From: Octopus sinensis
Lineage: Eukaryota
Reading direction: 5' to 3'
Assembly (NCBI RefSeq): GCF_006345805.1
Contig: NC_043008.1
Span: forward strand, 50,716,001-50,780,000
DNA length: 64,000 nucleotides
Shown: positions 13,001 through 23,640 of the stretch, one piece after another
Layout: each line of letters begins with the position of its first letter
How positions within the stretch are numbered: position 1 is the stretch's first letter
Made by a program: the position numbers and the translations under genes
Notes under the pieces: model-generated
Seen by the model: the letters and a program-made list of their open reading frames with translations, nothing else
Told to the model about the DNA's origin: nothing
The model's database searches: none

Positions 13001-16000
13001 GTGTAGATTTGGTAGATGGAAACTGAAAGAAGCCTAGCGTGTGTGTGTGGATTTGGAGGACGGAAACTGAAAGAAGCCTAGCATGTGTGTGTGTGCATGC
13101 AGTGCACTGTCTCCTTGCCTTGACATTATGTAAAATGAGTGTTGCTGTCATGCCACTGGTGTCCTTCATTTTTCATCTTCCATGAAAAGATGTCTTGGTC
13201 ATGGGGAAAATATTACCCTGTTTGGAAACAGGTGAGGGTAGAAAGTGCATCCAGCAGTAGAAAATCTTCCTCAACAAATTCTGTCTGACCCAGGCATTTT
13301 CAATTCCCACAATTTTTGTTTTCACTCCACCTTATATTGTACATAGTATTTAAATTCTGCTCCTTGGTGAGAAATCAGGTGATGCTACTCAATGACTATC
13401 AGATGTTGTAGATGCTGCCCTGTAATTTACATTTGAATGTTGATCAGTAGTAAAAGAGAATGTCAGTGGTATCAAAATATTTGAAAGAAAAAATGGATTT
13501 AAATATTTTTATCCCTTTCATTACCAACCTGGCTGAAACCAGCTCTGAGTACAAATATCTTGTTTTCATAAGTTTTGAATTAAAATCTTTCACCAAACCT
13601 TAGTCACGATTTATGCTCCTAACACTAGCTTAATGATAACTAAGTTATTTTACTAAATTCTTTGTTATATTTAAAATTAATTGACAGAAACACAGAGCAT
13701 CTCAAAATAAATACGGTAACAAAAGGGTTAAACAGTTTTATGACATTTTGAAATGTCATAATGTCAGATGTTGCTTAATTGATTTGCTCTTGAAAGGCTT
13801 CTTGAGATGAATCTAAGAACTGGGTGAGCTGTAATTCTTTGATCCTCTCAGCTACCAATTTATTGTATGTAGTTTGATAAGTTTCTCACTAATTAATTGA
13901 ACTGTTGTTTTGATTGTTGTTTTGTTATCTTTGTGATTTATTAACAGGAAAGGCAAGCAATTTGTGAAGTTTGTCAATATGTTGATGAATGATACAACAT
14001 TCCTACTCGATGAAAGTTTGGACTGTTTAAAACGGATCCACGAGATGCAAGAATTCCAGGATAACGAAGCGGAATGGGATGCTTTGTCACGGGTACGTAT
14101 CACCACTAGCATTGGCGCCATGATGAGGACCACCACCATCACCGTCATCACAAACACTCATTTCCACTTCCACCCCATCATCACCATGACCACCACCACC
14201 ACCATCATCGTTACTCCTATCCTCATCGCTGAATGGCTTGATATTATAATGTTGTCCCATTTCTTGTTCTTTGTTTTGAACCTTTATTTTCAAAAATATT
14301 TTATGTCAATCTAAGAGGGACTTGCAAAATTGTTAGCCCACCAGGCAATATGCTAAGCGGCATTTTGTCTGTCTTTAGCTTTTGGCTTCAAATGCACCGA
14401 GGTTGTCTTTGCCTTTCATCCTTTCCAAGTTGATAGAATAAGGTGCCATTTGAGTACTGGGGTCAATGTAATTGACTCATTCCCTCTCTACTGAAATTGC
14501 TGGCCTTGTGCTAGAATTTGAAACCAGTATTTTTTTATCGATCTCGGTCGATCGTGACATTTTGAGAAACGCTTATGTAGAAAACACACACACACATCCA
14601 TCATTATCATCATCATTTAATGTGTTTTCCATGTTGGTATCAGTTGGATGGTTTGACAGGAACCTACATGCCCTGAGCTCCAATGTGTGTGCTTTGGCAT
14701 GGATTCTTGCCAATCCAGAACAGCCAACCACTACCCACTTTTATGCACTCTTCCTGATAATGAAACAATTAATTTTTTTAAGCAATATCTCTGTAAAACA
14801 TTTTCTATGAACACCTCATTGAAGTGATATTTGTGTTTTTTTTTTTCTTCTTAGGAGGAGCAAAATTCTCGTCAGAGGCAGCTTTCTATGGACGAACGAC
14901 AGTGCAAGTCCTACCTCACTTTAGCAACGGAGACTGTGGAAATGTTTCATTATCTCACCGAACAAATCATTGGACCATTTCTCATGCCTGTAAATTATTC
15001 TTTTACATCGGTTCTTTATATGTTAAAGAAACATAGATTTCAAGAATTCCAGGAATGTTTTTTTTATTTTTGCCATTTTTTTGTCTTCTTTTTGGGTCGA
15101 CCAAAACTTAGAATAAAATTTGGTAGACAGAAACTGTCAGTCCCATTGGACGTACATGTATGTGTACACACGTATCAGCATGGAACAAACAAGTATTAGT
15201 ACTTTGAATAAAGTAAAAAAATCGAGTACTTTGTTCTATATGAGTTCCTTTATGCTCCAGTGACTGACATTTTGTTTTCACTTCTGTTTTTCCATGCTAG
15301 CATGGGTTTGATGAATGTATTATTGAGGCGTTGTTTTACAGCCGGATGTCCTTCCTTTTGCTAATCTTTACTTGTTTTTCAAATGAGGGATCTCTTATTT
15401 CTCATAAGTCAAGGATAAGAAAGCAATAAATGATTTGTTGACAGGGAAAACGGTGACAGCATCAATTCTTGTCACTCGTGACATTTTGAGAAACACACAC
15501 ACACATCCTCATCATCATTTAATGTGTTTTTCATGCTGGTATCAGTTGGATGTGTAGCCAATACCAACCAATCAGAGTAGTGGACACAACGGGTCCAGAT
15601 AGCTGCCAAAGGCTAGCTGTTATCTGCTACGCTCAAATGTACATATATATAATAAAGGGGAGAGTGTCTGCTACAGATATAGCATACACTCAAGTGAAAT
15701 TCCTCTCCCTTTATTATATATACGTACAGATTGTTTGACAGGAATCTACATGCCCCTGAGCTCCAGTGTGTGCTTTGATATGGTTTCTGTGGCTAGATAC
15801 TCTTCCTGATAACCATTTCACTGAGTGTCCTGTCAGCCTTATATACTGGTTGGTATATAAAATTGCTTACCCCTGTTAAAGATTGTGATCTCTGGAGCAG
15901 CCATATTGGATTTCTGCAGTAAAAGGTTTAAAACAAAGAAAAATCTGTTCAGGTCCCTGCTTGGAATCAAACTCGGAATCTTAGGGTTAGTAGCCCGTGC

Positions 16001-19000
16001 TTGGGGAAACTCGGAATCTTGGGGTTTAGTAGCACTACACCATATGCCTGTGGGCATATGGCGTAGTGGTTAAGAGCGCAGGCTACTAACCTCAAGATTC
16101 CAAGTTTGATTCCAAGCAGTGACCTGAAGAATAACAACAACAATAATAATAATAATAACATCGAAAAAAATACCTTAGGAATGAGAACCCAGGTTCGAAA
16201 TTTCCCCAAGACACCTGATGAAGGCTGGAGGGTTTATCAGCAGAAATGTTGTGTTAACAACAAACAAGATGAGGACGAATATCCATCAAATGTAAATAAT
16301 GTAAATAATGTACATAATTCCTCATCTCTTAAAGAAAAATCTGTTGTTTGAAACTCTCTTTTGATCTTGTCTATCTCAATACCAGTAAACTTAGATATTG
16401 TCATCAGTTTTGCCCTTTCAAGGAAGCTTTTTTTTTGTTTGTTAGTTTTTAAAGAGCCGAAGCCAGTGCCGGCCGAAGCCAGTGCCGGCCGAAGCCAGTG
16501 CCGACCGAAGCCAGTGCCGGCCGAAGCCAGTGCCGGCCGAAGCCAGTGCCGGCCGAAGCCAGTGCCGGCCGAAGCCAGTGCCGGCCGAAGCCAGTGCCGG
16601 CCGAAGCCAGTGCCGGCCGAAGCCAGTGCCGCCTCGACTGGCTTCCGTGCAGGTGGCACGTAAAAAGCACCCACTACACTCACGGAGTGGTTGGCGTTAG
16701 GAAGGGCATCCAGCTGCAGAAACATTGCCAGATAAGACCGGAGCCTGGTGCAGCCTTCTGGCTTCCCAGATCCCCGGTCGAACCGTCCAACCCATGCTAG
16801 CATGGAGAACGGACGTTAAACAATGATAATGATGACAAACTAATTATGCTGTGAACCATTTCAGTAATTACTAAACTCGTTTTTTTTTCATATTAAACTA
16901 GGAATTAGCAGACAGACTTGCTGCTATGTTGAACTTCAACCTCCAACAACTGTGTGGCTCCAAATGTAAAAACTTGAAAGTGAAAAATCCTGACAAATAT
17001 GGCTGGGAACCGAAAAAGTTACTTGACCGGCTGACTGATATCTATCTTCACTTAGATTCAAGTGATGAATTTGCAGCAGCTATTGCTAATGATGAGGTAA
17101 GCAATCTCTGCCCAGCCCTCTGGCCCTCTCGGTCCATATGTCTGTCTGTCTGTCCGTCCGTTTGTCTGGCCATCTGTCTCTCTCTGCTTGTCTGTCTGTC
17201 TGTCTCTGCTTGTCTGTCTGTCTGTCTGTCTGTCTCCGCTTGTCTGTCCATCTCTGCTTGTCTGTCTGTCTGTCCCTCTCTGCTTGTCTGTCTGTCTGTC
17301 CCTCTCTGCTGTCTGTCTGTCTGTCCCTCTCTGCTTGTCTGTCTGTCTGTCCCTCTCTGCTTGTCTGTCTGTCTGTCTGTCCCTCTCTGCTTGTCTGTCT
17401 GTCTGTCCCTCTCTCTGCTTGTCTGTCTGTCTGTCCCTCTCTGCTTGTCTGTCTGTCTGTCTGTCCCTCTCTCTGCTTGTCTGTCTGTCTGTCCCTCTCT
17501 GCTTGTCTGTCTGTCTGTCCCTCTCTGCTTGTCTGTCTGTCTGTCCTCTCTGCTTGTCTGTCCTGTCTGTCCTCTCTGCTTGTCTGTCTGTCTGTCTGTC
17601 CCTCTCTGCTTGTCTGTCTGTCTGTCCCTCTCTGCTTGTCTGTCTGTCTGTCCCTCTCTGCTTGTCTGTCTGTCTGTCTGTCCCTCTCTGCTTGTCTGTC
17701 TGTCTGTCCCTCTCTGCTTGTCTGTCTGTCTGTCCCTCTCTGCTTGTCTGTCTGTCTGTCCCTCTCTGCTTGTCTGTCTGTCTGTCCCTCTCTGCTTGTC
17801 TGTCTGTCTGTCCCTCTCTGCTTGTCTGTCTGTTTGTCCCTCTCTGCTTGTCTGTCTGTCTGTCCCTCTCTGCTTGTCTGTCTGTTTGTCCCTCTCTACT
17901 TGTCTGTCTGTTTGTCCCTCTCTGCTTGTCTGTCTGTTTGTCCCTCTCTACTTGTCTGTCTGTCTGTCCCTCTCTGCTTGTCTGTCTGTCCCTCTCTGCT
18001 TGTCTGTCTGTCTGTCTGTCCCTCTCTGCTGTCTGTCTGTCTGTCTGTCCCTCTCTGCTTGTCTGTCTGTCTGTCCCTCTCTGCTTGTCTGTCTGTCTGT
18101 CCCTCTTTGCTTGTCTGTCTGTCTGTCTGTCTGTCCCTCTCTGCTTGTCTGTCTGTATGTCCCTCTCTGCTTGTCTGTCTGTCTGTCCCTCTTTGCTTGT
18201 CTGTCTGTCTGTCTGTCCCTCTCTGCTTGTCTGTCTGTCTGTCCCTCTCTGCTTGTCTGTCTGTCTGTCCCTCTCTGCTTGTCTGTCTGTCTGTCTGTCC
18301 CTCTCTGCTTGTCTGTCTGTCTGTCTGTCCCTCTCTTCTTGTCTGTCTGTCTGTCCCTCTCTGCTTGTCTGTCTGGAAGAGGGTATTTATTTTCCAATTG
18401 TTGTTGTTCTTTATCACCTTTTTTTGTCTCAGTTCCCTTGACCTATGACCATTCCATCTTAATATGTCTATGTCTACATTATCCAATATCTTTTTTTTTT
18501 TCTAAAATGAACGTAGTGCATGCTTTGAGGTAAATTTAGCTGCTACTTCTTGCAAGTTACACTATTACAAAGTTGCTTCCCAGATGGCTCATAGTGTGAT
18601 ATTCTCTCTCTCTCTTTCTCTCTCTCTCTAAATTTTTTGATTGGTATATATCAGATTACATTGTGTCTCTTCACATTGTACAAATAATTCCATTGTAATT
18701 ATCTCCCCTTACTGGTAGCTTGCATGGTATGGTTGGAGTACTTGAAGTAATTGTATCTATGGCTTAGTGTTCCCTACTCATACCACCAAGATACTCAATA
18801 CCATGCAAACTAGAGCTAGCAGGGTTATGTAACCTTCATGAAAAAGGACGTGAAAGTTCAAACTAGGGAGCATGTGGTCAGGATTTTAATCCTGAGAAAA
18901 AGTTTGGAAATTTTTCTGATTTTAGTTAATTTCTTAAGAAAATGTCACTATTGCATCATGGGAGAATGTGTTGTTCTTTTGAGCTCAGGTTTGATCTAGT

Positions 19001-22000
19001 TGACTTATGATTAAGACATCCTGGTCATGACCATCCTGTGTGCTTTTATTCAGACACAGTATATCTAGTGTGAAGGCATGTGGCCTACTGGATAGGGTGT
19101 TGCACTTGTGATCACAAGATCATGGTTTCTGTTCCTGCCTGGGCAGTGTATTTTTTTTTGTATTTTTTGTGTGCAAAACCCTTCATTCCAATTGCTTTAG
19201 TCCATTCTATTATAAATGAAGAACCCTACAATGGACTGGCAGCCTCTTCAAGAGGAATGTTGTGATCTTGGTCTCTTATATGCTGTGGAGACCAGATAAC
19301 CTGTCTTGTGAGTCTAAGGACCCAAGACAGCATTGTTCAGTATATCTCGTACACACATTCGAGTGTGTCCTTCTTGCTTTAAGACAACAGGGTGTGATTT
19401 GAGGGAGATTTGTGTGCTATGTTCTCTGTGTGTGTGTGTATATGCGTGGTGTTTATCTTTAATTGAAAGTGTTTCTCTTCCAGCGTTCCTATCGTAAAAT
19501 ATTGTTCGATGACGCCATATCCAGAATACAGAGAGCTCGTATCAAAACTGACCGAGATATTGAACAATTTCGCAAACTACAAGAAAAAGTCGAGGCAATT
19601 GTTGTGCAGAAGCAACGAGCAGAAATTGATTTTGGAGAAATCCCAGATGAATTTAAAGGTGACACATTCTTGCTCTTCTCTCTCTCTGTCTGTCTGTCTC
19701 TCTGTTTCTCTCTCTGTCAGTCTGTCTGTCTCTCTCTCTCTCTCTCTCTGTTTCTCTCTCTCTCTGTCTCTTTCTCTTTCTCTCTGTCTCTCTCTGTTTC
19801 TGTCTCTCTGTTTCTGTCTGTCTGTCTGTCTCTCTCTGTTTCTCTCTCTGTGTCTGTCTCTCTCTCTCTCTCTCTGTCTGTCTCTTTCTCTCTCTTTCTC
19901 TCTGTGTCTGTCTCTCTCTCTCTCTCTGTGTCTCTCTCTCTCTCTGTGTCTCACTCTCTGTGTCTCTCTCTCTGTGTCTGCCAGTCTATCTCTCTCTGTC
20001 TGTCTCCCCCACACTCTGTTTACAACTCTCTCTCTCTTTTATTACTCCTCCCTTACTCTATCTCCAAGACTGGCAATCATTGCTTTATATTTTATGGATT
20101 TTTGATTTACGTTCTTGTGTTCTTCTCTTGTAGATCCATTGATGGATACATTAATGAACGATCCAGTGCTTCTACCAAGTGGAACCATTATGGATCGACC
20201 AATTATTCTCAGACACTTGTTAAATTCCCAGACAGACCCATTTAACAGACAGGTACTAACCGAAGAGCAACTTGTTCCAGGTAAATGGATTCTGGTTTGT
20301 TTATTTAGGTTGTTTGAATAAACTTGTGATAGATTACAGCTGGAAGATGATTACCAATTAGGATTCGGTTATTTTAACATTGTTGCATCACATTTTATTC
20401 CTCGTTGGAAAGTTGAATCAGTCGTACCAAGATTTGAACTCACCAAATTTCTTAAGATCTCCAGAAGTCATTTGTGATATCTCAAATAGCAGTAATTAGC
20501 TGTGACCTCTTATAGAACAGCAGTTAGCTGTGATGTCTTATATAGCAGTGGTCAGCTGTGACATGTCATATCTAACAGTAGTTAGCTGCAATGTGTGATG
20601 TCTTATATAACAGTATTTAGCTGTGGCATGTCTTACATAGAAGTATGAGTAAACCCCCCCCCCACCGTCCAATGGATGGTGCTGAATCATATCTGCTGAA
20701 TAAAAAGCAATCAGTATTTTCTTTTCATTAAAAAATAATTAAGCATGCCTTTATTTCAATAAAATTTTTGGTTTTGTTAAATGAAGTTAAGGCAAAAAAA
20801 AAAAAACTTCTTGAGAAACCAAATAGTCTTTCCTTCCTTCATGCCAAGTTTGAAGAAAATATCTCTTTTGCATCTTACTTTTTTGGTCTCTTAAATATTC
20901 TGCATTTTGTGGCATTATTTCAGCCAGTTGGCTTTTTTTGCACAAACTGCACATGCATTTCTCGTGTATGCATAGTATCGATCGCAACAGCTGATGTACT
21001 TGCACAAACAAATGCACGTTCCCACGGCTTTATCGATCGTATTCTCACTTGGAATCGATTTTTGTAATTTTTTCAAGACTTATACACGCCCTGATACTGT
21101 CGGTATCTATATATCAAATTTGAGCGCAATCGGATGGAGGATGCCCGAGATCCTAGAAGACACACACACAGACAGACAACGGATTTTATATAATAGATTT
21201 AACTGTGACATGTGACATCTTCATCATCATTCATCATCATCATCATCGTTTAATGTCCGCTTTCCATGCTAGCATGGGTTGGAAGATTTGACTGAGGACT
21301 GGCAAGCCAGATGGCTGCACCAGGTTCCAATCTTGATCTGACAGTTTCTACAGCTGGATGCCCTTCCTAACGCTAACCACTCCGAGAGTGTAGTGGGTGC
21401 TTTTTACGTGCCTCCGGCATGGGGGCCAGTTAGGTGGTACTGGCAACGACCTCACTCAAATCTTTTTACACATGCCACCAGCACAGGTGTCAGTAAGGTG
21501 ACGTTGGTAACGATCACGCTCGAATGGTGCCCTTTTACATGCCACTGGCACGGAAGCCAGTTGGCTGCTCTTGCAACGATCACGCTTGGATGGTGGTCTT
21601 GGCACCCAACTAGCACGGGCACAAGTGCCAGTAAGGCGACGCTGGTAACGATCACACATGAATGGTGCCTTTTATGTGCCACTTGCATGGAAGCCGGTTA
21701 GCTGCTCTGTCAACGATCACGCTCGTATGGTGCTCTTTGCACCCCGCTACTACGGATGCCAGTCATCAAATGTGATTTTGATTTCACTTGCCCCAACAGG
21801 TCATCATAGTAATTAGTTCTCATCTTTTATTACATTTGTCAGCTATGATGTGTTATTACAGATGCCATCCTCTGTTGTTAGCTGTGATATATTTATGTCA
21901 GTTTTGTTAACTGTTTCTTTCTTTCTTTCTTTCTTTCTGCTTTCGTAGCTACACATCTGAAAGAAAAAATACAGACTTGGATGGCACACAAGCTGAACAG

Positions 22001-22019
22001 CAAGAAGAGTGACCCCTGA
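109..22019 (+). CDS. UBE4B: Ubiquitin conjugation factor E4 B (UFD2 core + C-terminal U-box), 3' part of gene. join(109-225,1751-1849,2568-2681,3278-3367,4456-4561,4850-5085,6298-6425,7550-7648,10113-10351,12586-12712,13948-14092,14855-14989,16902-17096,19484-19658,20134-20280,21949-22019). The 5' exons lie upstream of the window.
   Basis: 16 exons with GT-AG boundaries and consistent phases join into one open frame of 2223 nt. The peptides match recalled UBE4B/UFD2 motifs: [70 protein letters not shown], and the U-box [40 protein letters not shown]. Confidence 0.97.
1751..1849 (+). CDS. UBE4B: UBE4B exon, VKVVEKYFS...GLEYAR
   Basis: tttcag acceptor, gtaagt donor. Confidence 0.95.
2568..2681 (+). 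CDS. UBE4B: UBE4B exon, [20 protein letters not shown]...KKSQIQ
   Basis: gacag acceptor, gtattg donor; matches the LFKILHSILLNGETREAA region. Confidence 0.92.
3278..3367 (+). CDS. UBE4B: UBE4B exon, [16 protein letters not shown]...ISLDK
   Basis: tacag acceptor, gtaaga donor; DGFMLN motif. Confidence 0.95.
4456..4561 (+). CDS. UBE4B: UBE4B exon, [13 protein letters not shown]...WRTEL
   Basis: ttcag acceptor, gtaagt donor, ends phase 1. Confidence 0.92.
4850..5085 (+). CDS. UBE4B: UBE4B exon, [21 protein letters not shown]...KAQVK
   Basis: ttcag acceptor, gtgagt donor. Confidence 0.96.
6298..6425 (+). CDS. UBE4B: UBE4B exon, [26 protein letters not shown]...
   Basis: tgcag acceptor, gtaaga donor, ends phase 2. 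Confidence 0.95.
7550..7648 (+). CDS. UBE4B: UBE4B exon, ...[19 protein letters not shown]
   Basis: long pyrimidine tract + ccag acceptor, gtaagt donor. Confidence 0.96.
8165..8870 (+). mobile_element. Family A head with RTE-type (GAT)n tail, interrupted by a nested family B SINE at 8307-8524
   Basis: Duplicated AGAAACTG(G/A)AAG around the nested copy; tail ...CCCATGCGAGCATGGAAAAG...ATGATGATG. Confidence 0.75.
9140..9356 (+). mobile_element. Mariner-derived MITE (internally deleted)
   Basis: Imperfect TIR (CGAGGGGGTGCTGAAAAGTTCCTGGCTT type); internal remnant related to the mariner transposase C-terminus (KCVNLRGEYVE*). Confidence 0.7.
10113..10351 (+). CDS. UBE4B: UBE4B exon, ...[13 protein letters not shown]...ALMQFYT
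   Basis: ccag acceptor, gtaagt donor. Confidence 0.95.
12278..12499. mobile_element. piggyBac-like MITE
   Basis: TTAA flanks on both sides; perfect 12-bp TIR CCCTTTCGTTAC...GTAACGAAAGGG. Confidence 0.9.
12586..12712 (+). CDS. UBE4B: UBE4B exon, [22 protein letters not shown]...
   Basis: ttcag acceptor, gtgagt donor. Confidence 0.97.
12795..13295 (+). mobile_element. Family A SINE with internal 4x tandem duplication and RTE-type tail fragment
   Basis: GGATTTGGTAGACGGAAACTGAAAGAAGCCTAG(TG)n repeated four times at 12913-13095. Confidence 0.75.
13513..13727. mobile_element. piggyBac-like MITE, second copy
   Basis: Highly similar to 12278-12499; CCC...GGG ends; TTAT/TTAA flanks. Confidence 0.85.
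13948..14092 (+). CDS. UBE4B: UBE4B exon, [24 protein letters not shown]...DALSR
   Basis: aacag acceptor, gtacgt donor. Confidence 0.97.
14855..14989 (+). CDS. UBE4B: UBE4B exon, EEQNSRQ...[13 protein letters not shown]...PFLMP
   Basis: ttag acceptor, gtaaat donor. Confidence 0.96.
16052..16333 (+). mobile_element. tRNA-headed SINE with hammerhead-containing tail (family D, copy 1); inverted partial heads at about 15945-16048
   Basis: A-box TGGCGTAGTGG, degenerate B-box, (AAT)n spacer, then GACAC CTGATGA A GGCTG...CAGCA GAAATGTT GTGTT. Confidence 0.8.
16456..16631 (+). repeat. GC-rich minisatellite, 11 x 16 bp (GCCGAAGCCAGTGCCG)
   Basis: 176 bp with one variant unit; abuts the 5' end of a family C element. 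Confidence 0.97.
16902..17096 (+). CDS. UBE4B: UBE4B exon, [19 protein letters not shown]...AIANDE
   Basis: ctag acceptor, gtaagc donor. Confidence 0.97.
17135..18375 (+). repeat. Compound minisatellite, basic unit 26 bp (GTCCCTCTCTGCTT + (GTCT)3), variable GTCT count
   Basis: Directly visible; starts about 40 nt after the donor at 17097. Confidence 0.97.
19484..19658 (+). CDS. UBE4B: UBE4B exon, [12 protein letters not shown]...IPDEFK
   Basis: ccag acceptor, gtgaca donor. Confidence 0.95.
19675..20000. repeat. (TC)n/(TGTC)n microsatellite
   Basis: Directly visible. Confidence 0.93.
20134..20280 (+). CDS. UBE4B: UBE4B U-box exon, [17 protein letters not shown]...EEQLVP
   Basis: gtag acceptor, gtaaat donor; U-box signature. 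Confidence 0.97.
21222..21790 (-). mobile_element. RTE-tail element (family C) with internal 65-72 bp VNTR
   Basis: GGAAGGGCATCCAGCTGTAGAAAC...GCTAGCATGG...TTAAACGATGATG 3' end. Other copies at 334-716, 9551-9800, 11245-11455, 23085-23250, 26090-26275 (-) and 11840-12010, 16632-16835 (+). Confidence 0.8.
21949..22019 (+). CDS. UBE4B: UBE4B terminal coding exon, [23 protein letters not shown]
   Basis: pyrimidine tract + gtag acceptor; LKE-I-W motif ends the U-box; TGA at 22017-22019. Confidence 0.93.
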
Positions 22020-22855
22020 CTTGTTTTATATTGATGTTTTGGGTCTTTTTTTCTGGAAAATAACATCTGTTGCAGTGGCCTCATCTATTGTGTTTTCTTG
22101 TTTCTCACTATCAGTGACTTGTGTTGCCATGGATTTGTGTGTGTGTGTGTGTGTGTGTGCGTGTGCGGATGTGTGCTTGTGTGTGCGGATGTGTGAGTGC
22201 ACGCGCGCACAGTTTACAAAACTGGTGTCTATATGCATTGTGTATGTAAGGGAATTTCACCTTGTTTTTTTAATGCATAGAAGTATGCATGCCTGCATGT
22301 GCGTGTGTATGCGTGTGCACTCAACTCCATACACACGTGTCCAACTACCAAATATTTCTCTCTCCTCTCTTTTCTCTCTCTCTCTCTCTTTTGCTCTCCA
22401 CCCACAACACCTACCTCATAACGTAAATGCAATGTTGCACTTATGTAGAGAGGTGTACCACTACAAATTCCTCGGTTTCCTTCCTCTTTTCCTCCTCATC
22501 TTCCTCCTTCCTCCTTTTTCCTCCTCTCCTTTTGCCTTCTCTTTCTCTCTTCCACTAAGACTTCGCCTCACATACTGTGATATCTGCAAGGGTCACATGC
22601 CATGGTCACTGCTAACAGGACTCAACTGCAGTCTTTCCTGGGGTGTTCGTCTTCGTTCATTCACGTGATAATAATAATAATAATAATAAAAAGCCTATAA
22701 CATATAGCTGAGATGAATTTAAGAAAAAGAAAGAAAAGCAAAAACAAAAACAGACAAACCAAACAAACAAAAAAACCCAGCAAACCAACCAACCAACCAA
22801 CAAAATGAAATGAAAACAAAATGTTTTAAATTATTCCAGTTATTGGATACTTATT

Positions 22856-22875
22856 AATAAATGACTTGTAATAAA
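22856..22875 (+). terminator. Candidate polyadenylation signals for UBE4B (two AATAAA)
   Basis: AATAAA at about 22856 and 22870, roughly 850 nt after the stop; no transcript support available. Confidence 0.3.
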
Positions 22876-23039
22876 TTTTCAAACCTCAACCATGCGAGTA
22901 GTTGTATAGCTTTATTTCTCTCACCTGACCTTTGCACTTTGTCAACTTTCCTCCTCCTCCGCTTCCTCCTCTGCTTCCTCCCTTTATATGCTTTTTTTTT
23001 CTTTTCTGATTCATAGAGTATATGCATGCTTATTATGTG

Positions 23040-23072
<33 letters not shown>

Positions 23073-23351
23073 TATATATCATTGTCATTATTATTTAATT
23101 TCTGTCTTCCGTGCTGGCATGGGTGGAATGGTTTGACAGGAACCAATGAACAAGAGGACAGTGCCAAGCTTCAGTCTCTACTTTGGTATGGTTTCTACAG
23201 CTGAATGCCCTTCCAAATGCCAGCCACCTTATAGAGTGTACTGGTTGCTTATTTCAGTTTCTGTCTTCCAAGTCCACTCAAAAAGCATTGGTCTATAATA
23301 GAAAAGACTTGCCCAAGGTGCTGCTTCTTGGCAACACCTGCACCATTCTAT

Positions 23352-23632
23352 ATTTAAGAGATGAGGAATTATGTACATTATTTACATTTGATGGATATTT
23401 GTCCTCATCTTGTTTGTTGTTAACACGTTTCGGCTGATATACCCTCCAGCCTTCATCAGGTGTCTTGGGGAAATTTTGAACCTAGGTTCTCATTCCTAAG
23501 GTATTTTTTGATGTTGTTGTTATTATTATTATTATTATTATCATTATTATTATTATTCAGGTCACTGCCTGGAATCGAACTCGGAATCTTGGGGTTAGTG
23601 GCCTGCGCTCTTAACCACTACGCCATATGCCC
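23352..23632 (-). mobile_element. Family D SINE, copy 2 (full length)
   Basis: Intact A-box and B-box (GAGTTCGATTCC); HHR core at about 23422-23464; near-identical to copy 1. Confidence 0.85.
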
Positions 23633-23640
23633 ATAGCGTC

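Noticed and set aside
16456-16631. Regular short repeats resembling a CRISPR array
   Set aside because: Units are contiguous with no spacers, there are no cas genes, and the context is a eukaryotic intron.
16926-18533. 535-aa ORF and overlapping 417-436 aa ORFs
   Set aside because: Only 16902-17096 is a real UBE4B exon; the rest is read-through into a stop-free 26-bp minisatellite.
23556-23632. tRNA gene candidates (also 16052-16125, 44700-44785, 50108-50175)
   Set aside because: They have A/B boxes, but acceptor stems do not pair, there is no T-run terminator, and each continues into a repeated SINE body.
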